From positions 43,759-107,758 of the forward strand of contig NZ_DAXETW010000086.1 of NCBI RefSeq assembly GCF_051155795.1: a DNA stretch of 64,000 nt, read 5' to 3'. Position 1 is the first letter of the stretch. Every line of letters begins with the position of its first letter. The translations under genes and the position numbers were made by a program. This DNA comes from Longibacter sp. GTDB taxonomy: Bacteria > Bacteroidota > Rhodothermia > Rhodothermales > Salinibacteraceae. This document shows positions 1 to 10,592 of this stretch, piece by piece. The notes beneath the pieces were generated by a model. The model was not told where the DNA came from, did no database searches, and saw only the letters and a list, made by a program, of their open reading frames with translations.

Positions 1-1975
1 CCTGAATCTGTGCGAACGCGTACTGCAGGGACCAGTGCATGAAGTCTTCCTGCTCCTCGGGACGACCTTCCTTCTCGAAGCGAGTGAGCGTGGCCGTCGC
101 CAGGTACATCCAGATGAGAATGTCTGCAAAACGACCCGTTATCTTCTCCTTCCGCTTCAGCGCACCGCCGAGGCTTCCCATGGCGAGGTCCGCCATGAAG
201 GCGAAGGTTGCCGATGCCCAGGACAGCTTGCGGTAGTACTTAGCATGCGGTCCGCTCACCGGCGAGCCGGCAAGCATTCCACGGGTAATGCTGAGGCCGA
301 ATGCTCGGAAGCCGTTGCGCACCACGTGTCCGATGTGGCTCCAGAAGGCACCATCGAATTTCTTCACGTCGCCCTCCATCAGGGCTTCGATTTCCGTCAG
401 CGCATAGGGGTGGCACCGGATGGCTCCCTGCCCGAAGATCATCATCGTCCGGGTCAGGATATTGGCTCCCTCCACGGTGATGCTGATCGGCGTACCAATG
501 TATGCATTCGCGAGCAGGTTCTTCGGCCCGCGGGAGATCGCATTCCCGGCCAGAATGTCCATTGAGTCGTTAACGGCCTGACGCTGCAGCTCGGTGAAGC
601 TGTACTTCGCGATGGCCGAAACTACCGACGGCTTCTCGCCGCTGTCTACAGCGCCGTTGGTGTACTTGCGAGCTGCTTCGAGCGTATAGGTAAAGCCGGC
701 GATGCGCGCGAGTGGCTCCTCGATGCCTTCGAACTTACCGATCGAGAGACCGAACTGCTGGCGTACGGCGGCGTGTCCACCGGCGACGCGTGTGAAGTAC
801 TTAAGCCCCCCTGCGGCCTGTGCCGGCAGCATGATGCCGCGCCCCGCTGAGAGGGCGTCCATGAGCATCTGCCATCCGCGTCCGGCGCCGTCCTTGCCCC
901 CGATGATTGCATCGATCGGCAGCTCTACGTTCTCCCCTTCGGTCGGGCAGTTGTAAAAGGCAATGCCGAGTGGGTCGTGGCGCCGGCCCAGCTTCACGCC
1001 TTGCGCGTCCGAGGGGACGAGCGCGCAGGTGATACCGAGATCCGTACCCTTGCCGAGGTAGTTGTTCGGGTCCTCGAGCTTGAACGCAAGGCCCAGAATC
1101 CCCGAGATGGCGGCAAGCGAGATGTACCGCTTGTCCCAGTTGAGGCGCAGCATGAGTTCGCCGTCCTCATTCTTGAAGACCTCACCATGGGAGGTCATGG
1201 CACCCGCGTCCGATCCAGCATTCGGCTCGGTAAGCGCGAATGCGGGAATGTCCGTGCCATCCGCGAGGCGGGGCAGGTAGTAGTCCTTTTGCTCATCCGT
1301 TCCGTAGTGAAGCAGCAGTTCGCCGGGCCCGAGGGAGTTGGGGACCATCACGGTGATGGACAAAGGAAGCGAGCGCGTGCCCAGCTTCTGGACCACGGCG
1401 CTCCGCCCTTCTGCCGAGAATCCGAGACCGCCGTACTCCTCCGGGATGATCAAGCCGAAGAAGCCGTGCTCTTTCATGAAGTCCCATGCTTCCTGGGGCA
1501 GGTCTCCCCGCTGATGAACGTCCCAATCGTCGACCATCGCGCAGAGGTCTTCCACGGGGCCGTCCAGAAACGCCTGCTCCTCGTCCGTTAGCTCGGGATA
1601 AAGCTGATCCAGCGTATTCTTAAAGTCCGGTTTTCCCGAAAACAGTTCCGCGTCCATCCAGACCGTTCCGGCGTCAATCGCCGTCTGCTCCGTCTCCGAA
1701 ATAACCGGCAGGAATTGAAGCGCTTCCATCATTTTCATGACGGCAGAACTCACGATACGCCGAATCGGCGGAAGGTTGAAGACCACCGCCAGGACACCGT
1801 AGGGGATCCAGACCCACATCGGTGCGCCGAAACCGTAGAGAGCGGCGGCACCGGCAACGGCCCACAACGCGAGTGGAGCCCCCGTAAAGCCGAGCACAAA
1901 TAGCACCAGCAGAACCCCGGCAACCACGCCAGCGGTCGGCAGGCTGGAGAATACGTCGAAGTAAGGTAAATTCAT
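1..1975 (-). CDS. fadE: Acyl-CoA dehydrogenase (FadE type, N-terminal membrane anchor); 3' end runs off the window
   Basis: Absent from the ORF track because it has no stop in the window. Manual translation from ATG at 1975 gives MNLPYFDVFSSLP...ISETEQTAIDAGTVWMDAELFSGKPDF...VPNSLGPGELLLHYGTDEQKDYYLPRLADGTDIPAFALTEPNAGSDAG, typical of long FadE. Confidence 0.92.
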   Translation of the reverse strand, partial: MNLPYFDVFSSLPTAGVVAGVLLVLFVLGFTGAPLALWAVAGAAALYGFGAPMWVWIPYGVLAVVFNLPPIRRIVSSAVMKMMEALQFLPVISETEQTAIDAGTVWMDAELFSGKPDFKNTLDQLYPELTDEEQAFLDGPVEDLCAMVDDWDVHQRGDLPQEAWDFMKEHGFFGLIIPEEYGGLGFSAEGRSAVVQKLGTRSLPLSITVMVPNSLGPGELLLHYGTDEQKDYYLPRLADGTDIPAFALTEPNAGSDAGAMTSHGEVFKNEDGELMLRLNWDKRYISLAAISGILGLAFKLEDPNNYLGKGTDLGITCALVPSDAQGVKLGRRHDPLGIAFYNCPTEGENVELPIDAIIGGKDGAGRGWQMLMDALSAGRGIMLPAQAAGGLKYFTRVAGGHAAVRQQFGLSIGKFEGIEEPLARIAGFTYTLEAARKYTNGAVDSGEKPSVVSAIAKYSFTELQRQAVNDSMDILAGNAISRGPKNLLANAYIGTPISITVEGANILTRTMMIFGQGAIRCHPYALTEIEALMEGDVKKFDGAFWSHIGHVVRNGFRAFGLSITRGMLAGSPVSGPHAKYYRKLSWASATFAFMADLAMGSLGGALKRKEKITGRFADILIWMYLATATLTRFEKEGRPEEQEDFMHWSLQYAFAQIQ

Positions 1976-2063
1976 GACTGCGTTCGTCTTGTGGTTGTTG
2001 CCATTCGGGGGCTCCAGGAGCGGTCGTCAGGTATCGACCCCGCCTCAGGCGGAGCTCAGTAGC

Positions 2064-2080
2064 ACTTAACACCGTTAACC
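2064..2080. promoter_or_regulatory. Putative TetR operator upstream of fadE (TTAAC-ACC-GTTAA)
   Basis: The same AT-rich inverted repeat occurs at 6055-6071 and 8905-8920. Confidence 0.7.
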
Positions 2081-2225
2081 ATACAGGTATACCCAGTTAA
2101 CGGAAAATTGTTTACGAGCCTGCAATTTTTCTTATGCGCCCACCAGGCCGGGAACTCTGACCATGCCGCCTCTCAGGAAACGGAGGGGCGGAGCACGGCC
2201 GGAGCCCCGGAGCAGGGTCTATATG

Positions 2226-3431
2226 CTAGAGGCGCAGGTTTTCGATGACACCCGCAGCGCCCATTCCGCCTCCCACACACATCGTGCAGATGCCATACCG
2301 GACCTCTCGGCGGATCATCTCATGAATCAGCGTGGAGGTGAGCTTGGCGCCGGTGCATCCAAGCGGGTGACCGAGAGCGATGGCACCGCCATTGACGTTC
2401 ACGATGTCCTCGTCGAGGCCGGACTCGCGGATCACAGCAAGCGCCTGTGCCGCGAAGGCTTCGTTGAGCTCGACCAGGCCGATGTCGTCCAGCGAGAGGC
2501 CGGTTTGCTTCAACACCTTCGGGATGGCTTCCACCGGGCCGATGCCCATGTATTCGGGCGCGACGCCGGCAACAGAGAAGCCCACGAGGCGTGCCAGCGG
2601 GTCAACCCCGAGCTCGTCGACCATGCGCTGACTCATCACGACAGACGCGGCACCGCCGTCCGAAGTTTGCGACGAGTTGCCGGCCGTCACGCTTCCGCCC
2701 CGCCGAAACGCCGGACGCAGGCCGGCCAGCGCTTCTATGCTGGTGTCACGCCGCGGTCCTTCGTCCACATCGAACGTGGTTTCGTGCGTGTGCGTCGACC
2801 CTTTACCAAAGTCGGCGCCGTTGTAGTACGTTTGAGCAACCTCCAGCGGCACAATCTCCTCGTCGAACCTTCCGCTGTCGATCGCATCGACGGCGCGCTC
2901 ATGAGAGCGGAGCGCGAATGCGTCCTGGTCCTCCCGCGACACGCCGTACTTTTCCGCTACGTTCTCGGCGGTGATTCCCATTGAAACGTAGTAGTCGATA
3001 TCGTCCTCCGTCAACTGCGGATCGGGCTGAAAGAAGAAGCCGCTCATGGGAACCGCGCTCATCGATTCCGCGCCACCGGCCACGACGACATCTGCGGTGC
3101 CCGTAGCAATCGCCTGCGAAGCCATGGCGATCGTCTGCAGGCCGGACGAGCAAAAGCGGTTCACGGTGGCGCCCGGGACGGAATCCGGGAGACCGGCTTT
3201 CTGCGCGATGATGCGTCCCACGTTCATGCCCTGCGGACCTTCGGGAAAGGCGCAGCCCATCATGACATCGTCCACCATCTCGGGCTCGAGTCCGTCGACG
3301 CGGTCCATCGCGCCGCGGACCGAGTGCGCGCCCATTTCTTCCGGGCGGTAATCCTTCAGAGTGCCGCGTCCGGCTTTTCCTACGGCCGTCCGCACGCTGC
3401 TTACGATATATGCTCCGTTCTTTGCTTCCAT
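2226..3431 (-). CDS. fadA: Acetyl-CoA C-acyltransferase (3-ketoacyl-CoA thiolase)
   Basis: Thiolase motifs [34 protein letters not shown]. Confidence 0.95.
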   Translation of the reverse strand: MEAKNGAYIVSSVRTAVGKAGRGTLKDYRPEEMGAHSVRGAMDRVDGLEPEMVDDVMMGCAFPEGPQGMNVGRIIAQKAGLPDSVPGATVNRFCSSGLQTIAMASQAIATGTADVVVAGGAESMSAVPMSGFFFQPDPQLTEDDIDYYVSMGITAENVAEKYGVSREDQDAFALRSHERAVDAIDSGRFDEEIVPLEVAQTYYNGADFGKGSTHTHETTFDVDEGPRRDTSIEALAGLRPAFRRGGSVTAGNSSQTSDGGAASVVMSQRMVDELGVDPLARLVGFSVAGVAPEYMGIGPVEAIPKVLKQTGLSLDDIGLVELNEAFAAQALAVIRESGLDEDIVNVNGGAIALGHPLGCTGAKLTSTLIHEMIRREVRYGICTMCVGGGMGAAGVIENLRL

Positions 3432-3542
3432 TAGGTCGTATCGTCCCGTTCTGTAAAAATCGTCAATGTGTCGCGATGCCCGGGGCGGACCGGTGCGTTG
3501 CCGGCGCCACCCGCAGGCTTCGCGCGTCGTCGTGCGGTTCGC

Positions 3543-5954
3543 TTAGTTGCGGAGCGGCTTGTTGTGCTCCAGGATGTGTTGCACGCGCGCCATGGTTTTC
3601 TCCTCGCCGAGGAGGCTGAGGAATACCTCACGCTCGAGTTCCAGGAGATAGTCCTCATGGACATCCTGCGGGCTCGACAGCTCGCCGCCGCACATGACGT
3701 GGGCAAGCTTGGTCGCGAGGAATTCGTCGTACTCGCTGATATAGCCGCCTTCGCGATAGCCGCGGAGAGAGACCTTGATCGCTGCGAGGGTTTTTTCGCC
3801 CAGAACGCGGATCTTATTGCGGACCGGCGGAGCGGCGTATCCCTGTTCGCTGAGGGCTTTCACCTCTTCCTTGGCCACGTGCAGTCGACGGTCGGCATTC
3901 ATGACCACCTTCGTGTGCTCCGGCAGAAAGCCCTTCTCAATAGCCTGCGGCGCACTTTCAGCCACTTCGGCCATCGCGATGGTCTCGAAGTAGCCGCGGA
4001 GGTATGCCTGGATGTTGCTCGGATGATCATCCGGGGCCCGCTCGGCTGCATACGCCGCCATCCTCATCGTCCCGGTGCCGGCAGGGATGAGTCCAACGCC
4101 GAGCTCAACCAGTCCGAGGTACGTTTCGGCCGCACACACCGGGTGCGTGCTCGCCATCGTCATCTCGGCCCCACCGCCCAGCACACGCTGGTGGGTAGCC
4201 ACTACAACCGGTTTCGTGGCGTAATGGACTTTCTGAATGGTATCCTGAAACTCGGCAATGTACTCTCCGATCTGGTCGTACATTCCCTGAGCGGCGGCCA
4301 TCGCCATCTCGCCGAGGTTGGCGCCGACGGAGAAGTTTTTGCCTTCATTCCCGATCACGAGGCCGCGCACGTTCGGATCGTTCTCGACCCGATCGATGCA
4401 TTCACGCAAACCGGCCATCACGTCGCGACCGAGAGAATTCGACTTCGACCGGAACTCGTAGAGCATGACGTCATCGCCGATATCAAGCAGCGCGGCGTCC
4501 CCGTTCGTCCATACCTCGTTGGAGGACTGGGCCTTCACGCGGTCGAGCGATAACTGATCTTCAGGCGTCGGGTCGCTCACGTACGCTCCTTCCTCCGGGA
4601 CGTAGACTTCCCGATTGCCGTTCTGCACGCGATAAAAGGACGTGACGCCGGCGTCGGCCATGTCTTCAACCCAGGCCGGGACCTCAATGTCGTGCTCTTT
4701 CATCCCGTTGATAACGGTCTCAAAACCGAGAGCGTCCCACTTCTGGAAGGGACCCATCTCCCACCCGAAGCCCCACCGGATGGCACGATCGACGTCGGCC
4801 GGGTTGTCGGTAATCTCACCGATCCGCCGGGCGCTGTACCCGATGGTCGCCAGCGTCGTGTCGCGGAAAAAGGAGCCGGCACGGCCCGTATCTTGATACA
4901 GAGCATTCAGCCGGGCCTTCAAATCGCCCGCCTTCTTGATCGACTTGATATCGCCAAGGTCTTGTTCCCCGGCGGAGGTGTAGTCAAAGGATTCTGGATC
5001 GAGGGATTTGATTTCGCCGTCGACTTTCTTGTAGAACCCTTCACCGCTCTTCGCCCCTTTTCGGCCGTTGTCGACCAGTTTCTGCAGGACATCTGGGACC
5101 TGAAATTCGTCGCGACTCTCGTCGTTCTCAGCCTTTTCGTGAAGGTTCTTCGTGACATCCACGAGCACGTCGAGACCGACGACGTCCGCCGTACGGAAGG
5201 TCGCCGACTTCGGATGACCCTGTAGCTGTCCGGTCAGGGTGTCGACCTCTTCGATCGAATAGTCACCGTCCGTGTAGTACCGCATGGCCTGCAACTGGGC
5301 AAAAATGCCAATGCGGTTGCCGATGAAGTACGGGACGTCGTTGGCAACGACAATGCCTTTGCCGAGATGTATGCGTCCAAACTGAGCGACGCGCTCGACC
5401 ACATCCGGATCTGTCTCCTGCGTCGGGATGATCTCGAGCAGCTTCAGATACCGGGGTGGGTTGAAGAAGTGCGTCCCGAGGAACCGACGTTTGTAATCCG
5501 CCGATCGACCTTCCGCAATTTCGTGGATGGGAAGACCGCTGGTATTCGTCGAGATGACTGCATCTTCCCGGGCATGCTCCTCGATGCGGGCATGCACGTC
5601 TCGCTTGATCGGCAGGTGTTCGACGACGACCTCGATGATCCAGTCCGCCTGCGCAACGCGATCGAAGTTATCGTCGAAGTTACCCGTGTAAATCCGATCG
5701 GCGACATCGGACGTGTGAAACGGATCCGGGCTCGCCTTCTTGGCCGCCTGTAGACCCTTATTGACGATTTGATTGGGATCGCCATCATCGGGCGTGATGT
5801 CGAGCAGATGGACTTCAAGACCCGCATTCGCCAGGTGCGCGGCGATCTGCGCGCCCATGGTGCCAGCCCCCAGCACCGTAGCCGTGCGAAATGGGGGGTG
5901 CGTGGCCGGTGCGGATAGATGGAGCGAGCGTGTGTCGAGGGCCTTCGTTTCCAT
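3543..5954 (-). CDS. 3-hydroxyacyl-CoA dehydrogenase / enoyl-CoA hydratase (FadN-type)
   Basis: N-terminal GAGTMG Rossmann motif, STNTSG, HFFNPPRY; C-terminal crotonase region (FSVGANL, GGGAE, ELGVGLIP). Confidence 0.93.
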   Translation of the reverse strand: METKALDTRSLHLSAPATHPPFRTATVLGAGTMGAQIAAHLANAGLEVHLLDITPDDGDPNQIVNKGLQAAKKASPDPFHTSDVADRIYTGNFDDNFDRVAQADWIIEVVVEHLPIKRDVHARIEEHAREDAVISTNTSGLPIHEIAEGRSADYKRRFLGTHFFNPPRYLKLLEIIPTQETDPDVVERVAQFGRIHLGKGIVVANDVPYFIGNRIGIFAQLQAMRYYTDGDYSIEEVDTLTGQLQGHPKSATFRTADVVGLDVLVDVTKNLHEKAENDESRDEFQVPDVLQKLVDNGRKGAKSGEGFYKKVDGEIKSLDPESFDYTSAGEQDLGDIKSIKKAGDLKARLNALYQDTGRAGSFFRDTTLATIGYSARRIGEITDNPADVDRAIRWGFGWEMGPFQKWDALGFETVINGMKEHDIEVPAWVEDMADAGVTSFYRVQNGNREVYVPEEGAYVSDPTPEDQLSLDRVKAQSSNEVWTNGDAALLDIGDDVMLYEFRSKSNSLGRDVMAGLRECIDRVENDPNVRGLVIGNEGKNFSVGANLGEMAMAAAQGMYDQIGEYIAEFQDTIQKVHYATKPVVVATHQRVLGGGAEMTMASTHPVCAAETYLGLVELGVGLIPAGTGTMRMAAYAAERAPDDHPSNIQAYLRGYFETIAMAEVAESAPQAIEKGFLPEHTKVVMNADRRLHVAKEEVKALSEQGYAAPPVRNKIRVLGEKTLAAIKVSLRGYREGGYISEYDEFLATKLAHVMCGGELSSPQDVHEDYLLELEREVFLSLLGEEKTMARVQHILEHNKPLRN

Positions 5955-6054
5955 GCTTGCGTCGTGGTTTATGATCGTGAGAAAAGGAGTCCGGCCGGCA
6001 GAAAACCCTGCTGGCGCGGTGAAGAGAGCCGGCGCATATAGTGTACGTCCCTGA

Positions 6055-6071
6055 ACTTAACAGTGTTAAGT
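6055..6071. promoter_or_regulatory. Putative TetR operator upstream of the FadN-type gene (ACTTAACA-G-TGTTAAGT)
   Basis: Perfect 8-bp-arm inverted repeat about 100 bp upstream of the start. Confidence 0.75.
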
Positions 6072-6263
6072 AGGATCTACACAGGAATGTGTGCTTTCGG
6101 AAGCGCTTTTCATTTTGCGGCGGCGGATCGCAGGTATGGGAAGCATCGGCCCATTCTGCTTCTCGATGACGCCGGTAGGACAAATGCGAGCCGGACGGGG
6201 TGTGTTCGTCTGGGGCCTGCCGCCGTTACAACGGCATGGCCCTGAACGATGTCAGCGGAAGGT

Positions 6264-8162
6264 TCATGCAACGATGACCGCTCTGCGCTTGGTCTTGCGT
6301 TCGGGCGACGGCGTGTCCTCGTACAGCGCCTCCATTTCATCGGCATACGCCTCCCGAATCATCGGTCGCTTCACTTTCAGCGTCGGCGTCAAGAGACCGG
6401 ATTCGACGGTCAGTTCATCGGGGATCAGGGCGAAGCGCTTCACGGTCGACCAGTGATCCATGCCTTCGTTGGCATCGTCGACCAGCTGCTGGAAGGCGCG
6501 CACGATCTGCTCCTCCTCCAGCAGGTCCTCGAACGCCTGCTGATCATCGACCCCGAGCTGGCGCGCCTGCGCACGGACCTGATCTTCCGCCGGGAAAATG
6601 AGGGCTGAGCAGAACTTCCGACCGTTGCCGATCACGATCGCCTTGTCGACCATCGGCTGGCTGCCGAGTTCGTTCTCGATCGGCTGCGGCATGACATACT
6701 TGCCGGTCGATAGCTTGAAGAGGTCCTTCTTGCGATCGGTGATCTTCAGGAAGTTACCGTCAAACTCGCCGATGTCGCCGGTGTGGAACCAGTCATCGGA
6801 CAGAACCTTGGCGGTTTTCTCCTCCGCCTTGTAGTATCCTTGCATAACGTGCGGTCCGCGCGTGAGAATTTCGCCGTCGTCCGCGATTCGGACCTCCACG
6901 CCGGGTAGCGGGTCCCCCACGGTACCGGGCTTGTTTCGCTCCGGACGCGTAAACGCGATGACCGGACTGGTCTCGGTGAGCCCGTAGCCCTGTAGCGTTT
7001 CGATTCCGGCCGCAGCCAGCGTGTTCGCCAGATCCGGCTGAAGGGCCGCACCGCCAACAACAATGTACTTGACCCGCCCGCCGAGCGCCTGGCGCCATTT
7101 GCTGAACACCAGAGTATCGGCAACTTTCCGTTTCAGCGTGAAGGGAAGCGATTCTTGCTCGTCCATTCGGAACTGTCGGGCCACACCGAGCGCCCATGTC
7201 CCGATCGCCTTCTGAAGGCCCTCCATCTCCATGATTTTCTTCTGGATCCCGGCATAGACCTTTTCCAGAACACGAGGTACCGACGCGAACGCCGTAGGCT
7301 GCACCTTGGGCAGGGCGTCCACCAGATTGTCGGGCTCGCAGAAGTAGACGCTGATTCCCTGCGACATGTAGGCGTACTGCAGGGACCGGGCAAACACGTG
7401 GGTCAGCGGCAGAAATGAAATCGCCACTTCTCCGTCCGGACCTGCCTCAAAACCACTGAGTTCCGAAATCGACGTGAGCGCGTTGAAGGAGATGTTCTCG
7501 TGTGAGAGCATCACCCCTTTCGGCTTGCCGGTCGTCCCGCTGGTGTAAATCAGCGTCGCGAGATCTTCCGGATGGATCTGTGCGCGGAGGTCTTCAATTG
7601 CAGCCGGCACATCAGGCGCCGAGGCATCCCCCTTCGCCTGGATTTCCTCAAGCGTGTAAAAGGAGACACCCTCCGGCAACGTTGGCTCCGGCTTTCCATC
7701 GTCGACGTCACAGATAATCAGCGTACGGATCCGCGGGAGGTCCGGCAGGATCTCCTCCGCAACGGCGAGTTGTTCTTCATCGGCCACGACGATAGCGCTC
7801 GCTTCGGCGTGATCGATGACGTACTGCATCTGATTCGGTGCCGTCGACAGATAGACGGGCACGTCGATCAGGCCTCCAAGAAGGCAGCCCATGTCTGCAA
7901 CGCAGAAGTTCACGTCGCTGTGGAGAAGGAAGGCTACCTTGTCCCCTCGATCGAGGCCTGCGTCCAGCAATCCAAGCGCCGTGCGCTCCGCGCGGCGCCG
8001 AAACTCGTCGAGCGACATCGGCGTCCATCCGTCGCCCGTTGGCTGATTGAAGGCTCGCGGGTTCTCGTAGGCCTCACAGGCTTCATAGAGGAGCTGCGGG
8101 AGCGTCTTGTCGAGAACGGGGGGACCGGCTTGTTCGGGGGCGGTATGTATGGGACCGGGCAT
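6264..8162 (-). CDS. fadD: Long-chain fatty acid-CoA ligase (AMP-dependent synthetase)
   Basis: IYTSGTTGKPKG AMP-binding loop, GYGLTE, FHTGDIG, DRKKDL. Start moved to ATG 8162 (MPGPIH). Confidence 0.9.
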   Translation of the reverse strand: MPGPIHTAPEQAGPPVLDKTLPQLLYEACEAYENPRAFNQPTGDGWTPMSLDEFRRRAERTALGLLDAGLDRGDKVAFLLHSDVNFCVADMGCLLGGLIDVPVYLSTAPNQMQYVIDHAEASAIVVADEEQLAVAEEILPDLPRIRTLIICDVDDGKPEPTLPEGVSFYTLEEIQAKGDASAPDVPAAIEDLRAQIHPEDLATLIYTSGTTGKPKGVMLSHENISFNALTSISELSGFEAGPDGEVAISFLPLTHVFARSLQYAYMSQGISVYFCEPDNLVDALPKVQPTAFASVPRVLEKVYAGIQKKIMEMEGLQKAIGTWALGVARQFRMDEQESLPFTLKRKVADTLVFSKWRQALGGRVKYIVVGGAALQPDLANTLAAAGIETLQGYGLTETSPVIAFTRPERNKPGTVGDPLPGVEVRIADDGEILTRGPHVMQGYYKAEEKTAKVLSDDWFHTGDIGEFDGNFLKITDRKKDLFKLSTGKYVMPQPIENELGSQPMVDKAIVIGNGRKFCSALIFPAEDQVRAQARQLGVDDQQAFEDLLEEEQIVRAFQQLVDDANEGMDHWSTVKRFALIPDELTVESGLLTPTLKVKRPMIREAYADEMEALYEDTPSPERKTKRRAVIVA

Positions 8163-8271
8163 AGAGCCAGAAAGAGTCAGGTGGGAGGTCCACGACGAGG
8201 TACCGCTACATGTGCGGTACGGCACAACAAATCAATGATGGAGTGCTGCAGCAGGCATCAACGGAACGGCC

Positions 8272-8898
8272 TCAGGGGTGCCGAGCTGTAGCGGATCGGG
8301 TGTAGCTACGAAGCGTCTGTCGAATGGCCGCCTGAATGAAGTCGTCCCGGTCGATGCGAACGTCTACGCGCTCAGCAAGGAGCAGCGATACGGTCCCGTG
8401 AAGCGAGGCCCAGATCGCGCTTGCCGACACCCTCGGGTCGTCGACGTCGAAGACACCTTGCGAATCGCCTTTGTCGAGCGCACTGCGGAAGAAATCAAGA
8501 TTCCGCCGGGCCTCGCGATACTTCTCCGGTGGATACCGCTCCATCCGCTCCGGCCTCAATTGAAACATGATTTCATAGTATTCCGGGTTACTGAGGCCGA
8601 AAGAGATAAACCCGCCGCAAAGCGCTTCCAAGCGTTCGAGCGGCGCATCTTCGTGCTGCTGTGCAATGATCGATAATGCCTCAAACAACTGTTTCATCCC
8701 CTCGTCGATTAAGGCGTGCAAGAGCACATCCTTGTTATCGAAATAGAGGTAGATGCTCGTAGCGCTGTAGTCAATCTCGCTCGCGATCTTCCGCATCGAC
8801 AGATTGCTGTACCCATCCTGAACGAGCAGATGTCGAGCGGTGTCCAGAATGAGGCGCCGTAGATCGCCGTTCTGGTGGTTGTTCGACCGTACCGCCAT
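8272..8898 (-). CDS. TetR/AcrR family transcriptional regulator
   Basis: HTH ILDTARHLLVQDGYSNLSMRKIASEIDYSATSIYLYFDNKD; C-terminal WASLHG (WHG-type). Start at ATG 8898. Confidence 0.92.
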   Translation of the reverse strand: MAVRSNNHQNGDLRRLILDTARHLLVQDGYSNLSMRKIASEIDYSATSIYLYFDNKDVLLHALIDEGMKQLFEALSIIAQQHEDAPLERLEALCGGFISFGLSNPEYYEIMFQLRPERMERYPPEKYREARRNLDFFRSALDKGDSQGVFDVDDPRVSASAIWASLHGTVSLLLAERVDVRIDRDDFIQAAIRQTLRSYTRSATARHP

Positions 8899-8904
8899 GC
8901 GTGA

Positions 8905-8920
8905 GTTAACGGCGTTAAGT
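8905..8920. promoter_or_regulatory. Putative autoregulatory TetR operator (TTAAC-GGC-GTTAA)
   Basis: Third copy of the motif, immediately upstream of the TetR start codon. Confidence 0.72.
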
Positions 8921-9311
8921 AAACAGGGGATCAAGAATTTGTCAAGAGCTTCAGGCGCAACGAGCCGGGACCTGACGCGACGAATGAATCCCGGCTTGAA
9001 GCGGAACGGCGACTGCTTGCCCGTCGGCCCTGGTGCCACACATGCTGCGTGCACACCCGTGTTGGGTAGCAGGGCGTCGCACGAACAACCGTGTGCCTGC
9101 TGACTCGTTGACGAAACGTGTTCTTCACACTGTTTAATACCGGACCGCGTTCCAATTGCCTCTCGGATTTTTCACCCAGCCTGCGCCGAATCCGGGGAAA
9201 ATCGTGACGTCCCCGCGTATGCTATGAGAGGAACGAGCCAGATTCTCGGCGATCTTCCTCGACGCGCCGCCGCTTCGATTCGCCCGTACTCGAATTTGAC
9301 CGACACATCAG

Positions 9312-9605
9312 ATGACTGACGACAGCACATCTACGGACGCGTCCGGGCCGGACCAGCCGACACCGGATGGCCGACGGAAGCGCTTGAATCCTTCGACGAT
9401 GCCGATGAGCAACACGTCATCCAAGCTTCTCGTGATCGGGGCCTTTGTGTTCATCTTCGGCCTCGGGACCGTCGGCAGCATACTTCTGGTGAACGTGGCG
9501 GAGACGGCCCTCGATCAAGACGCGGTAATGCAGGACACAACGCAGGCCGCCACACCGGATTCTGCAGCGGTGGCGGCACCGGGTTCCGGCGAGACGACGC
9601 CGTGA
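9312..9605 (+). CDS. Hypothetical small single-pass membrane protein
   Basis: 97 aa with one hydrophobic segment (LLVIGAFVFIFGLGTVGSILLV) and plausible composition. Confidence 0.6.
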   Translation: MTDDSTSTDASGPDQPTPDGRRKRLNPSTMPMSNTSSKLLVIGAFVFIFGLGTVGSILLVNVAETALDQDAVMQDTTQAATPDSAAVAAPGSGETTP

Positions 9606-9815
9606 CGCACCGATAAGGACATACCGGGACGACATTCGCCCGCCCGTGGGCCTGGCAGTGCCGATCGCCGAGGGCAGCCTCGTTTCGTGGAATGGCCGGA
9701 CATGCAAAAAGGCACATGGCGCCAGGTGCGCACCATGTACCTTTTCCTCGTGCCCGAGTACGGTAAGACAGATCCGGCTTTTCGGGACAGCCGCGGCGCC
9801 TTTTATACGACCGGT

Positions 9816-10184
9816 CTATGCGACTGGGTCGTCACTGTCATCGCCCCGCTTTCGAAGACGGGAGACGGCGTATCCCGCGCCGGCCAGAGCAAGAAACCCG
9901 AGACCACCATCAACGGGAATCTGCGGGGGATCTCCCGGAAGATCCGGGGGGTCGTCTGGCGTATTTGGAGGCGGAGTGATTGCCTGCTTGGAGTTTCCGG
10001 GCTCGGCCCATGACGGCAATCCGACCGAAGACCCTCGCTCCGTCTGGGTTTCTCGCGGAGAATACGGGTCTTGCCGATCCTGCTGCGCCTGCACCGGCTG
10101 CGCGACCAATAATATCAGCAATAATGCCGCGCTTACAGTCCAGAAAAAACGGTCGTAACGGATGTCCGCCATAGTGGTTGACAT
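9816..10184 (-). CDS. Small secreted protein with PID-CTERM-like sorting tail
   Basis: Signal peptide (..LLVAQPVQA|Q), Pro-rich body, C-terminal IPVDGGLGFLALAGAGYAVSRLRKR (motif + TM + basic tail). Confidence 0.75.
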   Translation of the reverse strand: MSTTMADIRYDRFFWTVSAALLLILLVAQPVQAQQDRQDPYSPRETQTERGSSVGLPSWAEPGNSKQAITPPPNTPDDPPDLPGDPPQIPVDGGLGFLALAGAGYAVSRLRKRGDDSDDPVA

Positions 10185-10500
10185 ATGTCTGAATGCGGGG
10201 TACTCGGGGCTCATGATGCGTGCGTTCGGCGTAAATGTCAAGGCGCACCTATGATTCATCCAACGATAGCGCCGCCTTCTCACCAAACACACCGACTGTA
10301 TTCAACTTCGGGCCGGCTGGAGGATACATCTTTGACGTGCAAGGACGTAAGGCTGTGACAGCATGGACGCACAGTTCACGACATCGTGTGTCATGGGATC
10401 ACGTGTGTCTCACTACCTGAAACGGGTCTCGCTATCATCAACAAGAATGCGGCGATGGTTGGATCGAGCCAACTCCCTCCGTCGCACTCCGTCCTGTAGA

Positions 10501-10516
10501 ACAAAACCAGTGCCAG
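10501..10516 (-). promoter_or_regulatory. Possible sigma-54 -24/-12 element (CTGGCACTGGTTTTGT)
   Basis: TGGCAC with correct GG-N10 spacing, but the -12 reads GT instead of GC. Points toward the PID-CTERM-like gene. Confidence 0.3.
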
Positions 10517-10592
10517 ACTTTCGCCTCCGACCCTCGGCTGTGCGATACGGCCCTCCGACCCCTTAACGGATGCCGGAGGACGTGCTTCGCGC

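Noticed and set aside
35-1591. Several plus-strand ORFs at the left edge
   Set aside because: They overlap the real minus-strand fadE, which the ORF track missed because it is truncated by the window.
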